From NCBI RefSeq assembly GCF_009914755.1, contig NC_060948.1: DNA of 64,000 nt; one strand, written 5' to 3'. Positions 60,747 through 64,000 of the stretch are shown here, in pieces. The stretch is from the human T2T-CHM13v2.0 reference genome, Homo sapiens. The translations under genes and the position numbers were made by a program. Position 1 is the first letter of the stretch. Every line of letters starts with the position of its first letter. The notes under the pieces are model-generated. The model saw only the letters and a program-made list of their open reading frames with translations, had not been told where the DNA came from and made no database searches.

Positions 60747-62851
60747 AGATCCATATTTTTTAAATGAAAAAAAATTTCAAAGGTACTCTGCTTGGTACAA
60801 TAATCAAATGTATAAACTGAGGAATAAAACATAACCATGAAACCTACTTATAACTGCATATGGAAAATACAGAGGATAATTTTTTAAATAACATATTTTG
60901 AAAGCCTTAACTAGTAATTTGAAGAGTTGGCATTTGAAAGGCCAGTATGAATATACCTTCAAAGCAGCAACACAGGTTCCCCATGAGAAAAAGCAAACAC
61001 AGGGAAAATAAAAACACAAAGGTTCAATCTCTTCTGACCTTTGAAAGACACAGCACAGACAGTGGTCCTTAGGACGAAGAGCAGGAGACCCCTAATTCCG
61101 TCACCATGGCGATAGGGCATAAACATTGCTGGGTGAGGGCACAATCCACATTGTGAGGTCCAACTGCTGCCAGGAAGACAGGAGTGCTTTTACATAGACC
61201 GAAAGGTCATTGAAGGCTCAGAGTTTTGTTTCAAGAACTGAATCCCAAGCCCACACGTTATTAGGCTGCGCTTCTTAAAACAAGTTATGAGATGGGAAAA
61301 AGGGCACCCACAAACATACGTATACATTATGTATATAATAATATACAGTATCATATATATAATATATATAACCTATGTATAATATTGTTTTACATCCTGC
61401 ATCTTATGTTATATATATTGTATAAAATATAATAATTGATAATATATAAGTTTTATAATTATACAATATGACATATAGTATATATTATAATTTATGGCAT
61501 ATATAATATATGTTATATATCATATATAGAATATATTATACGGTTAATATACGTATTAAATATAAATTATACATTATATATATTATATATAATATATCTG
61601 TTATATATAATACCCATTATGCATAATATATATATTATGTCTATGTTATATATAGTATAAAACAACATATAATAATATATAATTGTATATATACAATGCG
61701 ACATATAATATATATTATATTTTATAACATATGTAATATATATTATATATTATATATAATACGTTGTATGTATAATACCTATATTAAATATATATTATAT
61801 GACTATGTTATTAATTACATGTCACATGTGTTATATATTATATATTTTACATAGAATATACCGGTTACATACAATATATACTATGTTACCTATAATGTAT
61901 AATTTATTACATGTAAAATAAAGAATGCAATATATTATGTATAATTTATAATATACAATATGTGGAATGTGATATATATAACATATAATATATGATATAT
62001 GATATACAGTATATGATATATAACATACAATATATGATTCCTAATATATATGGTATACAATATATATTTTATGATATGTATTCTATATGTTTTATATTCT
62101 GTTATATATAACTATTTGAAATTATATATAACTGTATAATATTTTATGTAAATATGTAATATAATATATATAACTATATAATATGTTATATATAACTATA
62201 TATTATGTTATATATACTTTTATAACATAATTTACATAAAATATCATAATATAATATATATTATATTATTTCATATTACATTATATATATTACATATCAC
62301 CCAATATAACTAACATACATAATATTATAATATAGATTATATTGTGTTATATTAAATATCATATATATCATGTATCATATATTCTATAATATATATTACA
62401 CATTATATAATATGTATGTTGTCTATTATGTGATATATATAACTATATATATAATTATATTTTTATACATATAACTAGATAAACATGTAATTCTACATCT
62501 TTTCATTTATAATATGTAGAATTATATAATCATATATAATTATTTATATTCTATAAAAAATTTTATCATTATATAAATTATAATATATAAAAATTATAAT
62601 ATGTACTACACATATATATATTATATATCATATATGATATAGTACCATTGTTATATATCATAATACATATAAATGTGTATTATGTTATCTATAATTATAT
62701 AATTTCATATATAAGATGTATAATATGTATCATATATTATATATGTTATGTAATATATATAGTATATATAAGATGACACAGGATAAATATTATATACTAT
62801 GACATATAAAATATATGAGGTTATATGTTACATATAAGGCATAGCACATAA

Positions 62852-63166
<315 letters not shown>

Positions 63167-64000
63167 AGATCCATATTTTTTAAATGAAAAAAAATTTCAA
63201 AGGTACTCTGCTTGGTACAATAATCAAATGTATAAACTGAGGAATAAAACATAACCATGAAACCTACTTATAACTGCATATGGAAAATACAGAGGATAAT
63301 TTTTTAAATAACATATTTTGAAAGCCTTAACTAGTAATTTGAAGAGTTGGCATTTGAAAGGCCAGTATGAATATACCTTCAAAGCAGCAACACAGGTTCC
63401 CCATGAGAAAAAGCAAACACAGGGAAAATAAAAACACAAAGGTTCAATCTCTTCTGACCTTTGAAAGACACAGCACAGACAGTGGTCCTTAGGACGAAGA
63501 GCAGGAGACCCCTAATTCCGTCACCATGGCGATAGGGCATAAACATTGCTGGGTGAGGGCACAATCCACATTGTGAGGTCCAACTGCTGCCAGGAAGACA
63601 GGAGTGCTTTTACATAGACCGAAAGGTCATTGAAGGCTCAGAGTTTTGTTTCAAGAACTGAATCCCAAGCCCACACGTTATTAGGCTGCGCTTCTTAAAA
63701 CAAGTTATGAGATGGGAAAAAGGGCACCCACAAACATACGTATACATTATGTATATAATAATATACAGTATCATATATATAATATATATAACCTATGTAT
63801 AATATTGTTTTACATCCTGCATCTTATGTTATATATATTGTATAAAATATAATAATTGATAATATATAAGTTTTATAATTATACAATATGACATATAGTA
63901 TATATTATAATTTATGGCATATATAATATATGTTATATATCATATATAGAATATCTTATACGGTTAATATACGTATTAAATATAAATTATACATTATATA

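Overview
The whole window is a head-to-tail tandem array of a ~2.42 kb unit (26 full copies plus a partial 27th). It matches the human DYZ2 / HSat1B satellite, which is typical of Yq12 heterochromatin; related HSat1B arrays occur on acrocentric short arms. Each unit has a diverged, slightly 5'-truncated Alu on the minus strand (~290 bp), a ~570 bp mixed-sequence HSATI segment and a ~1.55 kb extremely AT-rich block. The HaeIII site layout predicts a 2,144 bp fragment, matching the classic 2.1 kb Y-specific HaeIII band. I find no credible genes, RNA genes or CRISPR-like system, and the ORF track only repeats with the satellite. The interesting signal is in the variants between monomers: adjacent sister pairs, a near-identical triplet, a three-copy dimeric higher-order repeat (4,839 bp period), mosaic monomers, one divergent outlier and a possible ~31.5 kb echo. 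All variant calls were made by eye, not by alignment.
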